Below, piece after piece: positions 1-9,549 of a DNA stretch of 64,000 nucleotides. The notes below the pieces were generated by a model. That model did no database searches, was not told where the DNA came from, and saw nothing but the letters and a program-made list of their open reading frames with translations. Made by a program: the position numbers and the translations under genes. How positions within the stretch are numbered: position 1 is the stretch's first letter; every line of letters starts with the position of its first letter. Origin of the DNA: Bacteroidota bacterium (GTDB lineage: Bacteria > Bacteroidota > Bacteroidia > CAILMK01); NCBI GenBank assembly GCA_026391915.1, contig JAPLCZ010000164.1:1397-65396 (forward strand), given 5' to 3'.

Positions 1-304
1 TCAAAAATTTATTGCTGCCTCCCCAATTAATAGTGGAGAAAGTTCCGCTTACCACAGTACCGTTACCAATAGCCAAAGTAAACAAACCAAAAGCATTGGT
101 AGTGGCAGAATGGGTTTCAGTATAGATGGTAGAACCAGTTGCACTGCTATCCAAAATGCTGAGCCGCAAACTCACAGTTTTATTAGCTATTACTTTCCCT
201 GTGTTGTCCCTTGCTACAGCTTGGTAGTTGATGCTCTTTGGGGCTTGGGAAAAAGCGGTTGTTGCTAAAAAAGCAAGACAAAGAAATGATAAAATCTTTT
301 GCAT
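1..304 (-). CDS. secreted hypothetical protein, N-terminal part (gene continues past the left window edge)
   Basis: ATG at 304 on the minus strand followed by a clear signal peptide, MQKILSFLCLAFLATTAFSQAP... The frame stays open to position 1 (the TCA at 1-3 is out of frame). It is absent from the ORF track because the window edge truncates it. Confidence 0.5.
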   Translation of the reverse strand, partial: MQKILSFLCLAFLATTAFSQAPKSINYQAVARDNTGKVIANKTVSLRLSILDSSATGSTIYTETHSATTNAFGLFTLAIGNGTVVSGTFSTINWGGSNKFL

Positions 305-309
305 AATAT

Positions 310-777
310 TTAAAGTTTACAAATTTTAAAAGTTGAAATAAGGTTGTTGTTATTATCCGTAAGCCGCACCAAATAAAAGCCTGCGGCGAGGTTGGTCAAT
401 GCAATTTGTGATGAATAATCCAAGGTATATTGGAGCTTACCTAACACATCATACACCGCAATATTCCTGATGGAAGTATTATTGGTTTTTATGTTTAAAA
501 CCTCCCTGACTGGGTTGGGGTAGTAGGTTAGATTTTCTATACTCACAGCTTTCTCAATTTCAGTAATTACAGAATCTTCTGTTTGCAAAAAACCCTGAGT
601 AAGAATGTTGTTTGAGTTGTTAATGGTTGTTATCACAGCCTCACCTACAGCATAAGAAAGTGAGAAAGAGGAATTGCTGCCAAAGCCCCCGCTTGAGTTC
701 ACAACTTCTGGCGTAAGTGACTGTGAATAGCCATTGCTAAAGGCAAAGATGAATAAAATGAATATGGAAATTCTCAT
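310..777 (-). CDS. small secreted protein with a T9SS C-terminal sorting domain (CTD)
   Basis: ORF 310..804. Internal ATG at 777 gives the signal peptide MRISIFILFIFAFSNGYSQS. The C-terminus ...LTYYPNPVREVLNIKTNN...AAGFYLVRLTDNNNNLISTFKICKL has the Por-secretion-tail pattern (YPNP ... G.Y.V.L). Confidence 0.6.
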   Translation of the reverse strand: MRISIFILFIFAFSNGYSQSLTPEVVNSSGGFGSNSSFSLSYAVGEAVITTINNSNNILTQGFLQTEDSVITEIEKAVSIENLTYYPNPVREVLNIKTNNTSIRNIAVYDVLGKLQYTLDYSSQIALTNLAAGFYLVRLTDNNNNLISTFKICKL

Positions 778-903
778 TGGGTACGTATTGATTAAGGAAT
801 ACAAATGTAGGGTTAATCTTAATAATGGTTATTTTATGTTTGCAAGGAATAATAGGTATAGGTAATCCCCAAAACCCAATAAGGTTTTAGAAACCTTGTT
901 GGG

Positions 904-950
904 TTAATTACTAAAAAGGGCGCAGCCCCGACTTTAGTCGGGGCTGCGCC
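904..950 (-). terminator. rho-independent terminator (bidirectional-capable) downstream of the OmpA-like gene
   Basis: aaaaa-GGGCGCAGCCCCGAC-ttta-GTCGGGGCTGCGCCC-ttttt: a perfect 15-bp GC-rich stem with an A run and a T run on either side. Confidence 0.8.
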
Positions 951-973
951 CTTTTTATATTCCTAGCTACTTA

Positions 974-3526
974 TTAATCAAACATAATCTTCATCTCCAC
1001 ACGGCGGTTTTTAGCTCTGCCTTCAGGAGTATCGTTTGGTGCTACAGGTTTGGTTTTACCATAGAACTCTGCTTTCATCCTATCTGCATTAATGCCTTTG
1101 GTAGCAATGTATGCGCGTACTGCCTCACTTCTGCGGCGGCTAAGGTCAAGGTTGAAGTCATCATTACCCACATTATCTGTGTGGCCAGAGATTCTCAACT
1201 TCCATGTTGGGTGTTTGCTGAGGATATCTGCAAGGCGGTCCAAGTATTTATAAGAATCATCAAGGATAAGGGCTTTACCATTTTCATATTGCAGATTAGC
1301 AACTGCAGAATCCACGGCCAATTGTTCTTTCTTAGCCACTACTGGGCAACCGCCGTTTTCTTTAGGGCCGGGGGTGTTAGGGCATTTATCTACATTATCA
1401 GCTACACCATCATTATCAATATCTCCGTAAGGGCAACCGTGGTTATCTTTAGGGCCTTTGGTATCTGGGCAGCGGTCTTCTTTATCTGGTGTGCCGTCTT
1501 TATCAAGGTCACTCCATGGGCAGCCTTTGTTTTCTTTAGGGCCAGCCTCTGCAATGCAATTATCGTCACCATCATACACGCCATCACCATCTGTATCTGG
1601 GCAGCCGTTATGCTCTTTATCACCCTTAGCATTCGGGCATTTATCTGCAATATCTATTACACCATCGCCATCGCTATCAGGGCAACCATTGCTGGCAAGT
1701 GGGCCTGGGTTATCAGGGCAATTATCCTTTTTATCAGGGGTGCCATCACCATCCGTATCAGGGCAGCCATCAAATTTGGCAAGACCTTTTACATCAGGGC
1801 ATGAGTCTAATTTATCCATGATGTCATCACCATCTTTATCTGGGCAACCTTTAAATTTCTTTAATCCAAAATCATTAGGACAATTATCATCCGCATCTGT
1901 AATGCCATCATTATCAGAATCTGGACAGCCTTTAAATTGTTTTAGGCCTGCCACATTGGGGCATTTATCATCGCCATCAGGCACGCCATCGTTATCAGAA
2001 TCTGGGCAGCCTTTATACTCCCAACTTCCTTTAACATCAGGGCATTTATCAATTCTGTCAGATACTAAATCATGGTCTTTATCACGCGGCGGCCTGCCAA
2101 AAGGTATAGGTACTTTTAGCGCAAAATGGAAGTCAACACCTTTAGCATCTTTCTTATAGAGATAAGTTCCTACATCATTAGTTCCTAAAACTATTGGGCC
2201 TAAGCGAAGTGCCAAACCTTGTATTCCTGCACCCCATTGGTTAAAGGAAAAGGGCGCATACACACCTAGCCATTGCGACTCCCACCGTGGGCAAAGAGTG
2301 TAATAACTTAGGGCGTGTAATCTATGCTCATCACTAAAAAGGCGAGGTGCAGTATAGCTAACAAAAGAGCCGTAAAAGCCTTTCCAAATATTGTAATCCA
2401 CTTGGAAACTAAGCACTGTTGGCAGCACCATATTGAAAGCCGTAGCCGGCTCTGATGGCTTAAAACGATTTTTAATGATAGTATCTACACTATACACTGG
2501 ATTGGTAGGGTCAAACTTTAAGTGGTTAACGTCCCACTCCTTAATGTTAGCGTCAAAATTTTTGGAGTAATCTCCTTTCTTAAATCTTATCCTGCCTATA
2601 TCCGTCATGGAGGCACCCAAGCGTAGTTTGTATTTATTTACATCTCTTCGCCTCTGATTTGTTTTTCCATCAAGGTCATAGAGGAAGCTTTTCCAGTTAG
2701 GGCGCCACTCGTAAACCACACCTAAATCAGCACCAATAGTAGCACGGCTTCCATAGTCTGTAAACTGCTTTCTGATACCAGCAAAATCTTTATAATCTTC
2801 TTTATGAAACTCAAGATTGCTGGAGTGCCCCCATCCAAATTTACTTTGGAAAAGAGAGAGGGTATCTTTGTTTTTCCACTCATAAGTAAGGTCTTTGGCG
2901 TAAAAATATCCTGCCTCAATACCCAATAATATTTTTGCAACACCACCTACTTTCAGGAATGTTGGGCCTTTATCAATTACTACTTGCCCTACACCCACAC
3001 CGTATTCAGTCCACGCCATTGTGTTAATGGAGAACTGGTCGTTTTCTAATTTTATTTTAAAAAGGTCAGGGTAATCAAAACCGTTATATGCAAGCTTAGC
3101 AAGCTGTATATTCATGTTGTCCACATTTACCATAGCGCGGGTTCTGCTGGCAAAAACAATAGTGGTTTTGGGTGATAAAGAAACCATAAAACTGGGGAAC
3201 TGATAAGAGGCATCCACATAAATGGATTTCTGTTTGGTGTTATCATATTCATGCAGATACTGTCCTTTAAAATCACTGCCTTTGTACTTAAACATTTGTC
3301 CATTAAAGAGGTCGCCTGTTTTTACACCTATGTAATTATTGGCAACAGTAATATCCAGGCCCGTGAGGATAACATCCGAGGCAAAGCGGTTATCTGCAAG
3401 GCATGCGGGGTTTAGGTAAATACCGGATACGCCGGCATAGTTGCCATTATTTAAACCAAGGAAACTTTGGGCTTTGCTAATAATGCAAAGCAAGAGAAGC
3501 ATTGAGAGGATAGAGAGTTTTTTCAT
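974..3526 (-). CDS. OmpA-family outer membrane protein with thrombospondin type-3 (TSP3) calcium-binding repeats and a C-terminal OmpA/MotB peptidoglycan-binding domain
   Basis: 850 aa with a signal peptide MKKLSILSMLLLLCIISKAQS. About 14 tandem DxDxDG(V/I/T)xD TSP3-like repeats (CPDTDGDGVPD...). The C-terminus NGKALILDDS...ISGHTDNVGNDDFNLDLSRRRSEAVRAYI...RRVEMKI is canonical OmpA_C. Stop is TAA. Confidence 0.9.
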   Translation of the reverse strand: MKKLSILSMLLLLCIISKAQSFLGLNNGNYAGVSGIYLNPACLADNRFASDVILTGLDITVANNYIGVKTGDLFNGQMFKYKGSDFKGQYLHEYDNTKQKSIYVDASYQFPSFMVSLSPKTTIVFASRTRAMVNVDNMNIQLAKLAYNGFDYPDLFKIKLENDQFSINTMAWTEYGVGVGQVVIDKGPTFLKVGGVAKILLGIEAGYFYAKDLTYEWKNKDTLSLFQSKFGWGHSSNLEFHKEDYKDFAGIRKQFTDYGSRATIGADLGVVYEWRPNWKSFLYDLDGKTNQRRRDVNKYKLRLGASMTDIGRIRFKKGDYSKNFDANIKEWDVNHLKFDPTNPVYSVDTIIKNRFKPSEPATAFNMVLPTVLSFQVDYNIWKGFYGSFVSYTAPRLFSDEHRLHALSYYTLCPRWESQWLGVYAPFSFNQWGAGIQGLALRLGPIVLGTNDVGTYLYKKDAKGVDFHFALKVPIPFGRPPRDKDHDLVSDRIDKCPDVKGSWEYKGCPDSDNDGVPDGDDKCPNVAGLKQFKGCPDSDNDGITDADDNCPNDFGLKKFKGCPDKDGDDIMDKLDSCPDVKGLAKFDGCPDTDGDGTPDKKDNCPDNPGPLASNGCPDSDGDGVIDIADKCPNAKGDKEHNGCPDTDGDGVYDGDDNCIAEAGPKENKGCPWSDLDKDGTPDKEDRCPDTKGPKDNHGCPYGDIDNDGVADNVDKCPNTPGPKENGGCPVVAKKEQLAVDSAVANLQYENGKALILDDSYKYLDRLADILSKHPTWKLRISGHTDNVGNDDFNLDLSRRRSEAVRAYIATKGINADRMKAEFYGKTKPVAPNDTPEGRAKNRRVEMKIMFD

Positions 3527-3628
3527 GTGTGTGTTAATTAAGTTAAAAAAACAGGGCGGCTTTTTTACTTAGAGGTTCAATATTACGAAAGGATTGTATG
3601 AAGTTCCAAAACAGAATTGGGCGCAAAC

Positions 3629-3636
3629 TACCTTTG
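3629..3636 (+). promoter_or_regulatory. Bacteroidetes sigma-A -7 box (TACCTTTG) upstream of menF
   Basis: Matches the TAnnTTTG consensus 35 nt upstream of the ATG at 3671. The -33 TTG is not at the ideal spacing. Confidence 0.4.
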
Positions 3637-3670
3637 CTGTAGAATACCAATGCCCTAAGAGCTACTTATC

Positions 3671-4708
3671 ATGACTGCCATCTCCGAAGAAGTAACACAA
3701 CAACAACTCCCTTTTATTTTTTATAAACCCCCACTGGCAGTGGAGGTAAATTTTATTGCAGGTAAAACTCAAGAAACAATTCTCAATAAAGAAACTAAAA
3801 ATGGCTTTTGGGTTTCACCTTTTGGGTTGGGAGAACAAGGATTTTTGATTCAGGAAGAATACACCCATTCTTTCAACTTATTTGATGATTTCAACGAAAT
3901 AAAAATCCCGTTTTATGCTTCCAAACATCCTCCACAAAACTTTGTTGGAGAAGATGATTTTAAAACTTTAGTGGCAGATGCTCTAACAGAAATAAAGCAA
4001 AACAATCTTGGGAAAATTGTAGTGTCAAGAGTAGAGAAAATGCAAATATCGCAGGGTTTTGATGTGATGGAGTATTACAAAAAAGTATGCAATGCCCACC
4101 CTACTGCCTTTGTATATTTGCTTAGCCATCCTGCGTATGGAACTTGGCTTGGGGCTTCGCCGGAATTGCTTTTGAGTTGCAATGATGGGGGGGGAATTGA
4201 AACAATGTCTTTGGCAGGAACAAAGAGTTTGGAGGCAGTAGATAATTTCTCTGATAAGGAAATCAGAGAGCAGGAATTTGTATCACATCACATAGAAAAT
4301 GTTTTGAATGATTATTGCCAAAGCGCGGATTTTTTATCAGCCAAAAACGCTAAAGCCGGAGATTTGATTCATCTAAAAACATCATACAAAGCGCAACTAA
4401 AAAACGGAATTCATTGGAGTGAGGTTGCCAATAAACTCAATCCAACTCCTGCCATCTGTGGCACACCTACCAAAGCCGCTTTTGATTTTATCCAATCCCA
4501 CGAAAGCTATGATAGGAGCCTCTATACAGGCTTTTTGGGGAGGATAACAAAAGACTCTGTAAACCTTTTCGTCAATATCCGTTGTATGCAAATCTTTAAT
4601 AAGGAGGTTTATTTTTACGCGGGTTGCGGCATTGTAGAGGGCAGCATCCCTGAGGAAGAATGGAAGGAAACCCAATTAAAAACGGCCACATTAAAAAGTC
4701 TGATTTAA
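3671..4708 (+). CDS. menF: isochorismate synthase (menaquinone biosynthesis)
   Basis: 345 aa with chorismate-binding enzyme motifs (GASPELLL, LAGTKS, CGTPTKAAFDFI). It lies in a menF...menD neighbourhood. Confidence 0.85.
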   Translation: MTAISEEVTQQQLPFIFYKPPLAVEVNFIAGKTQETILNKETKNGFWVSPFGLGEQGFLIQEEYTHSFNLFDDFNEIKIPFYASKHPPQNFVGEDDFKTLVADALTEIKQNNLGKIVVSRVEKMQISQGFDVMEYYKKVCNAHPTAFVYLLSHPAYGTWLGASPELLLSCNDGGGIETMSLAGTKSLEAVDNFSDKEIREQEFVSHHIENVLNDYCQSADFLSAKNAKAGDLIHLKTSYKAQLKNGIHWSEVANKLNPTPAICGTPTKAAFDFIQSHESYDRSLYTGFLGRITKDSVNLFVNIRCMQIFNKEVYFYAGCGIVEGSIPEEEWKETQLKTATLKSLI

Positions 4709-4730
4709 GCCAAACACAACTCAATAATAC

Positions 4731-7238
4731 ATGAAAAGAATTTTACTCATTATACTTTTATGCCAGCTTGCTATTGGTGGTTTTGCGCAGCAAAACCCAG
4801 ATAGAAAAATGCAAGGCAAAGGTGGTTTTAAGATGCCACAAATAGGGCGACTTTACGGGACTATTATAGATGCTAAAACCAATAAAGCAGTGGAGTTTGC
4901 CTCGGTTGCTTTGTTCTCTATTGTTAAAGATTCTGCGGTAGCAGGAGACCTCGCAAAAGGCAATGGAGATTTCTCTTTGGATAATTTACCCTTTGGTTCT
5001 TTTAAACTTAAGGTGAGTTTTATTGGGTATAAATCCAAAGAAATAAAAGTCAGCATTACACCACAAACCGTAGAACAGGATTTAGGAAATATCTCTATTG
5101 ACCCTGAGTTTGTAGAAACAAAATCTGTAGAAATAACTGGAGAAAAAAGCACCATGGTGATGAGCATTGACCGCAAAGTTTATAACGTAGATAAAGACAT
5201 TTCTGTGCGTGGAGGAACCGCTTTGGATGTGATGCGGAATATCCCCTCTGTAACCGTGGATAATGATGGTAATGCATCACTCAGAAATAACTCAACCCAA
5301 ATTTATATTGACGGAAAACCCACCAGCATGACGCTGTTGCAAATCCCCGCTGACCAAATTGAAAAAGTAGAAATTATTACCAATGCTTCTGCAAAATTTG
5401 AGGCAAGTGCCACGGGTGGTATCCTGAATATTGTGATGAAGAAAAACCTGAAACCCGGCTACAATGGAGTAATTTCAGCGGGAGCAGGAACCAATAATCG
5501 CCTCAACGGAAATATCCTTTTTAACCTCAAAAAAAACAGGGTTAATCCCTCTATGATGTATGGATATAATCAATCTTATAATTATAATAATGGCTACACG
5601 CACCGCACCAATCTCAATCACAGAACGGTAACAAATTATTTTAATCAGGAGAACCAAACCACTATGGGTAATATGATGCATAATGCGCGCATTGGTTTGG
5701 ATTATCAACTCACCAATCGTAGCACCATCAGCATTTCTGAAATGGTTATGAGAGGGATAAATATCACCAACGATTCTCAGGAATTCAATACCAAAAGCCC
5801 TGCATTAAATACATTGATTTCAGGGGATAGGCTCATGGGAGGAAAAGGAAATATGTATAACTCCACCTCTCAGATTTCCTATAAAAGAACCTTCCCGCAA
5901 AAAGGAAAGGAGTTTTCTGCGGATGTAAATTATAACTATTCTGGTGGTGATAACAACACGGATTATAGCACCAAAAACTATGATATATATGGAGGATTAT
6001 TACCTGCCAATCCTGAGTTGCAAAACCAAAATGGATTCTCTAAAAATCATAATATAAGTTTCCAAAGTGACTACACTTTACCAAAGAATGATACTACAAA
6101 AATTGAAACAGGAATAAGACTCAATTATAAAAAATCTGAGAGTCTTTTTAACGCCACTAACTATGATTACACGGAAAGCAAATATATGCGTGACACCTTC
6201 CTTAGCAACCATTATATGATTACAGATATGGTGAATGCTGCCTATATAACCTACACCAGCATGATTAAAAAATATGCTATTGGTTACCATGGTGGGTTGA
6301 GGTTTGAGCAGTCCTATTATATGGGTGAGGTGGTGGATAAAGGGCAGACCTTTTCATACAATTATCCAAGCACTTTGCAGACTATTCCTAAGGCACTTTT
6401 TCCTTCTATTTATTTCTCCAAAAAAGTAAAAGAGACCCATGAATTCCAACTGAATTTCTCCCGCAAAATCAACCGCCCAAATTTTTTTCAACTCATGCCG
6501 TTTGTTATGCATTCTGATAAATTTAACTACCGCATTGGCAACCCAAAACTCTCTCCTGAGTTTACCAATCTGTCAGAATTTAACTACAATAAAACTTTGC
6601 CTAAGGGCAATTATCTCGCATCACTTTATTTCAGATATACCGAGGCTCCCATCACTATGGTGGTTACAGTAGTACCCGGCAATGAAGGCATTTTGAGGAA
6701 TACTCATGAGAACGGGAAAAACAGTTTTATTTTTGGCTCTGACCACGCTTTTAAATACCAGTTCTCCCCCAAATGGGATGTGATGGCGAGTATCAATCCC
6801 TACTATTTAATTATTAATTCCACCGCCTCACAAGGCAATTTGAGTAATGCAGGTTTTAGTTTTAATTCAAAATTGATGACTATTTATAAACTGCCTTTAG
6901 GAATTAATTTGCAGGTAAATGGTGAGTATGAAGCGCCAAAAGTTATTCCGCAAGGTTATATAAAAGCGCGGTATTCAATGGATGTTTCTTTGGCGAAAGA
7001 TTTCTTTGGGATTGGCTCTGTAAACCTCAGCGTGAATGATGTTTTTAACACCCGCCGCATGTGGGTGCAATATGATACCGAAGCTTATCAACAGGAGATT
7101 TCAAGGAGGCGTGAAAGCAGGTATATTAAATTTGGATTCAACTACCGCTTTGGTAAAATGGATGCTTCTTTTATGAAAAAAAGAAGCTCCAAACAAAACC
7201 AAATGCAGAACAATGGAGGCGGAGATTCTGACTTCTAA
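4731..7238 (+). CDS. outer membrane beta-barrel protein with an N-terminal carboxypeptidase-regulatory-like domain (TonB-dependent-receptor-like, OMP_b-brl_3 type)
   Basis: 835 aa. Signal peptide MKRILLIILLCQLAIGGFAQ, then GTIIDAKTNKAVEFASVALF (CarbopepD_reg_2-like). The remainder is long, Asn/Tyr/Gly-rich and beta-strand-like, ending FGFNYRFGKMD. Confidence 0.75.
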   Translation: MKRILLIILLCQLAIGGFAQQNPDRKMQGKGGFKMPQIGRLYGTIIDAKTNKAVEFASVALFSIVKDSAVAGDLAKGNGDFSLDNLPFGSFKLKVSFIGYKSKEIKVSITPQTVEQDLGNISIDPEFVETKSVEITGEKSTMVMSIDRKVYNVDKDISVRGGTALDVMRNIPSVTVDNDGNASLRNNSTQIYIDGKPTSMTLLQIPADQIEKVEIITNASAKFEASATGGILNIVMKKNLKPGYNGVISAGAGTNNRLNGNILFNLKKNRVNPSMMYGYNQSYNYNNGYTHRTNLNHRTVTNYFNQENQTTMGNMMHNARIGLDYQLTNRSTISISEMVMRGINITNDSQEFNTKSPALNTLISGDRLMGGKGNMYNSTSQISYKRTFPQKGKEFSADVNYNYSGGDNNTDYSTKNYDIYGGLLPANPELQNQNGFSKNHNISFQSDYTLPKNDTTKIETGIRLNYKKSESLFNATNYDYTESKYMRDTFLSNHYMITDMVNAAYITYTSMIKKYAIGYHGGLRFEQSYYMGEVVDKGQTFSYNYPSTLQTIPKALFPSIYFSKKVKETHEFQLNFSRKINRPNFFQLMPFVMHSDKFNYRIGNPKLSPEFTNLSEFNYNKTLPKGNYLASLYFRYTEAPITMVVTVVPGNEGILRNTHENGKNSFIFGSDHAFKYQFSPKWDVMASINPYYLIINSTASQGNLSNAGFSFNSKLMTIYKLPLGINLQVNGEYEAPKVIPQGYIKARYSMDVSLAKDFFGIGSVNLSVNDVFNTRRMWVQYDTEAYQQEISRRRESRYIKFGFNYRFGKMDASFMKKRSSKQNQMQNNGGGDSDF

Positions 7239-7249
7239 CAACCCACACA

Positions 7250-8890
7250 ATGCAGAACCAAAGCACCCTTAAATTGTATGAAGTCCTTGCGGGTGCAGCG
7301 AAAATTTGTGTGGCGCATGGGGTACAACATGTAGTGCTTTCTCCCGGTTCGCGTAGTGCCCCCTTGGCGCTGAGTTTTATGCGCAACCCGGACATTAACC
7401 ACTACATAATTCCTGATGAAAGAAGTGCTTCCTACACCGCATTGGGTATGGCGCAAAGCCTTGGGAAAGCTGTTGCTTTGGTTTGCACTTCCGGCACTGC
7501 GGCGCTGAATTATGCACCTGCTATAGCAGAGGCTTTCTTTAGTAAAATCCCATTGCTGGTTATTACGGCAGACCGCCCCGCAGAGTGGATTGGGCAGGCA
7601 GATAATCAGGCAATTTTTCAGGAAAATATTTATGGGAAGCATGTAAAAAGCGCTTTTAATTTCCCCTCAGATTTCAGCCACCCTGATGCGCAATGGCATG
7701 CTTGGAGGGTTTTTAATGAGGCACTCAATATTGCAAACACGCAACCCTGCGCACCAGTGCATATCAACGTACCAATGCGCGAACCCTTGTATTTGGATGC
7801 GCCCATTGATGCTTCTCAAATCAATCCAAAAATTATTAAAAGAGAGGATTTGAGAAAGGCAATTGATTTCAAAAATCTCTCAGAAGAACTAAAAAATCAT
7901 AAGAAGATTTTGTTTGTGGCAGGGCTTAATTCCCCTAACAAAAATCTGAAAGAAATTCTAGAAAATTTCATTGCTGAAAACAAACAAATTCTGATTCCTG
8001 ATATTACTTCCAACCTACATGGGGTTGCCAATGCTATCAATTTTTATGATGAGATTTGTGCCAATCCTGCTGAGGATTTATTCCCTGATTTGGTGATTAG
8101 TTTTGGTGGGGCAGTAGTCTCGAAAAAGCTAAAAGAGTTTATCAAAAATCCTAATGTAAAAGAACATTGGCATATTTCTGACAGCGAAACTGCAGCGGAC
8201 ACTTTCCAGAAACTCACCAAAATCATTAATGCTGATGCAGCAGATTTTTTTGCAGGGATGGAGGTTTCTCCCAACCCTTCTTATCTTGAAAAGTGGAACA
8301 CCTTAAATAATAATTTTTCTCAACAAGCCTCCACAAAAGACTGGGATGAGAGGTCTGCAATTAATTTTATACAAACACAAATTTCTGGCAATTCTGTTTT
8401 GCATTTAGGAAATAGTTTGCCCATACGCCATGTAATGAAAAACCCAATTCTTGATGGTGATGTAGAAGTTTTTTCCAACCGTGGCACCTCAGGAATTGAT
8501 GGCTGCCTAAGCACTGCTGTAGGGCATAGTATGTTGGATGCAAGAACCCAAACTTTGATAGTGGGCGACCTTAGTTTTATGTATGACCGCAACGGACTTT
8601 GGAATAATTACCTCAAAGGGAATCTTAAAATTATTATCCTCAATAACCATGGTGGGAGGATTTTTGAAAAACTCCCCGGCGCAGCCAAACAGCCAGAGTT
8701 GCAAGAGTATTTTGTTACCCACCAGCCCCTGAATTTTAAAGCGACCGCAGCACAACACAACTGTGAATATTTCTTAGCAAATGATTTTTCTTCTCTGGAA
8801 AATGGGTTGAAGAAAATGTATGGAGAAGAATCTAAATCTCCTCAGGTTTTGGAGGTGGAGTTAACTAATCCAACCCATTCTTCCTCTTAA
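7250..8890 (+). CDS. menD: 2-succinyl-5-enolpyruvyl-6-hydroxy-3-cyclohexene-1-carboxylate (SEPHCHC) synthase
   Basis: 546 aa thiamine-diphosphate enzyme (GSRSAPLALSF, CTSGTAALNYAPAIAEA, VITADRP, GDLSFMYDRNGLW). Confidence 0.85.
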   Translation: MQNQSTLKLYEVLAGAAKICVAHGVQHVVLSPGSRSAPLALSFMRNPDINHYIIPDERSASYTALGMAQSLGKAVALVCTSGTAALNYAPAIAEAFFSKIPLLVITADRPAEWIGQADNQAIFQENIYGKHVKSAFNFPSDFSHPDAQWHAWRVFNEALNIANTQPCAPVHINVPMREPLYLDAPIDASQINPKIIKREDLRKAIDFKNLSEELKNHKKILFVAGLNSPNKNLKEILENFIAENKQILIPDITSNLHGVANAINFYDEICANPAEDLFPDLVISFGGAVVSKKLKEFIKNPNVKEHWHISDSETAADTFQKLTKIINADAADFFAGMEVSPNPSYLEKWNTLNNNFSQQASTKDWDERSAINFIQTQISGNSVLHLGNSLPIRHVMKNPILDGDVEVFSNRGTSGIDGCLSTAVGHSMLDARTQTLIVGDLSFMYDRNGLWNNYLKGNLKIIILNNHGGRIFEKLPGAAKQPELQEYFVTHQPLNFKATAAQHNCEYFLANDFSSLENGLKKMYGEESKSPQVLEVELTNPTHSSS

Positions 8891-9467
8891 ACTCCACCAC
8901 AGAGTTAGAGAATTTATAGCCCCCTTCTCGGTATGGGAATTCACATTTAAGGCTGTCTAGTTTTTTGCCATCTTCGCTTAGTAAAGAGTAGTCCTCAGCT
9001 ATTATTTTTTGGGTAGTAAGGTATTGGGTTCTGGTTTCTTTGGCTATGCTGTTGCCGGCACACACACTTCCAAAAAAGCCACAATAGTATTCGTAGATGG
9101 CGGTTTTGCCATCTTTATCAAAGTAGTAGCAATGGTTAATAGTGTACTCGCCAAGTGGTGCAAAAGGCTCTTCGTAGGCGTAGATTAATTTCCCTTTTTT
9201 ATCATACAGTAAAGCAAAGCTCATTTCAATATTGCTCTCTGCCGGCCAATAGTTTTTTGCTTTTACTGCAAAGGGTTTATCCATCCCTTTTGTCTTGCAG
9301 AAATACTTCATACTTTCCGGAGATTTCTTCACCATTTTATCAATTTTAACTTTTGATTTTTTTAAGGATTTGAGGCGTGATTTGATATTGCCATCCGCAG
9401 AACTCAAAAGAAATAAAAGAGAGATGGCAGCCAGAAAACCGAAAAGAAATTTTGTGGATTTTAACAT
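8865..9467 (-). CDS. hypothetical secreted protein
   Basis: 200 aa with a signal peptide MLKSTKFLFGFLAAISLLFLLSSADG. Its 3' end overlaps the menD 3' end convergently by 26 nt. Confidence 0.5.
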   Translation of the reverse strand: MLKSTKFLFGFLAAISLLFLLSSADGNIKSRLKSLKKSKVKIDKMVKKSPESMKYFCKTKGMDKPFAVKAKNYWPAESNIEMSFALLYDKKGKLIYAYEEPFAPLGEYTINHCYYFDKDGKTAIYEYYCGFFGSVCAGNSIAKETRTQYLTTQKIIAEDYSLLSEDGKKLDSLKCEFPYREGGYKFSNSVVEFKRKNGLD

Positions 9468-9549
9468 GAATTTGCGTAGGCAAACACACCGCCAAATTCT
9501 GTAATTTGCCCCTTATTTCAATCCACCAAAATACACCTCAATTAGCACA

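Noticed and set aside
1181-2159. ORFs 1181..1804(+), 1458..2159(+) and 1402..1650(-), including one with SGQPL repeats
   Set aside because: They lie antisense or out of frame within the TSP3 repeat region of the OmpA-family gene. The repetitive DNA keeps alternative frames open. They have no signal or start context, and the sense-strand protein has unmistakable OmpA/TSP3 motifs.
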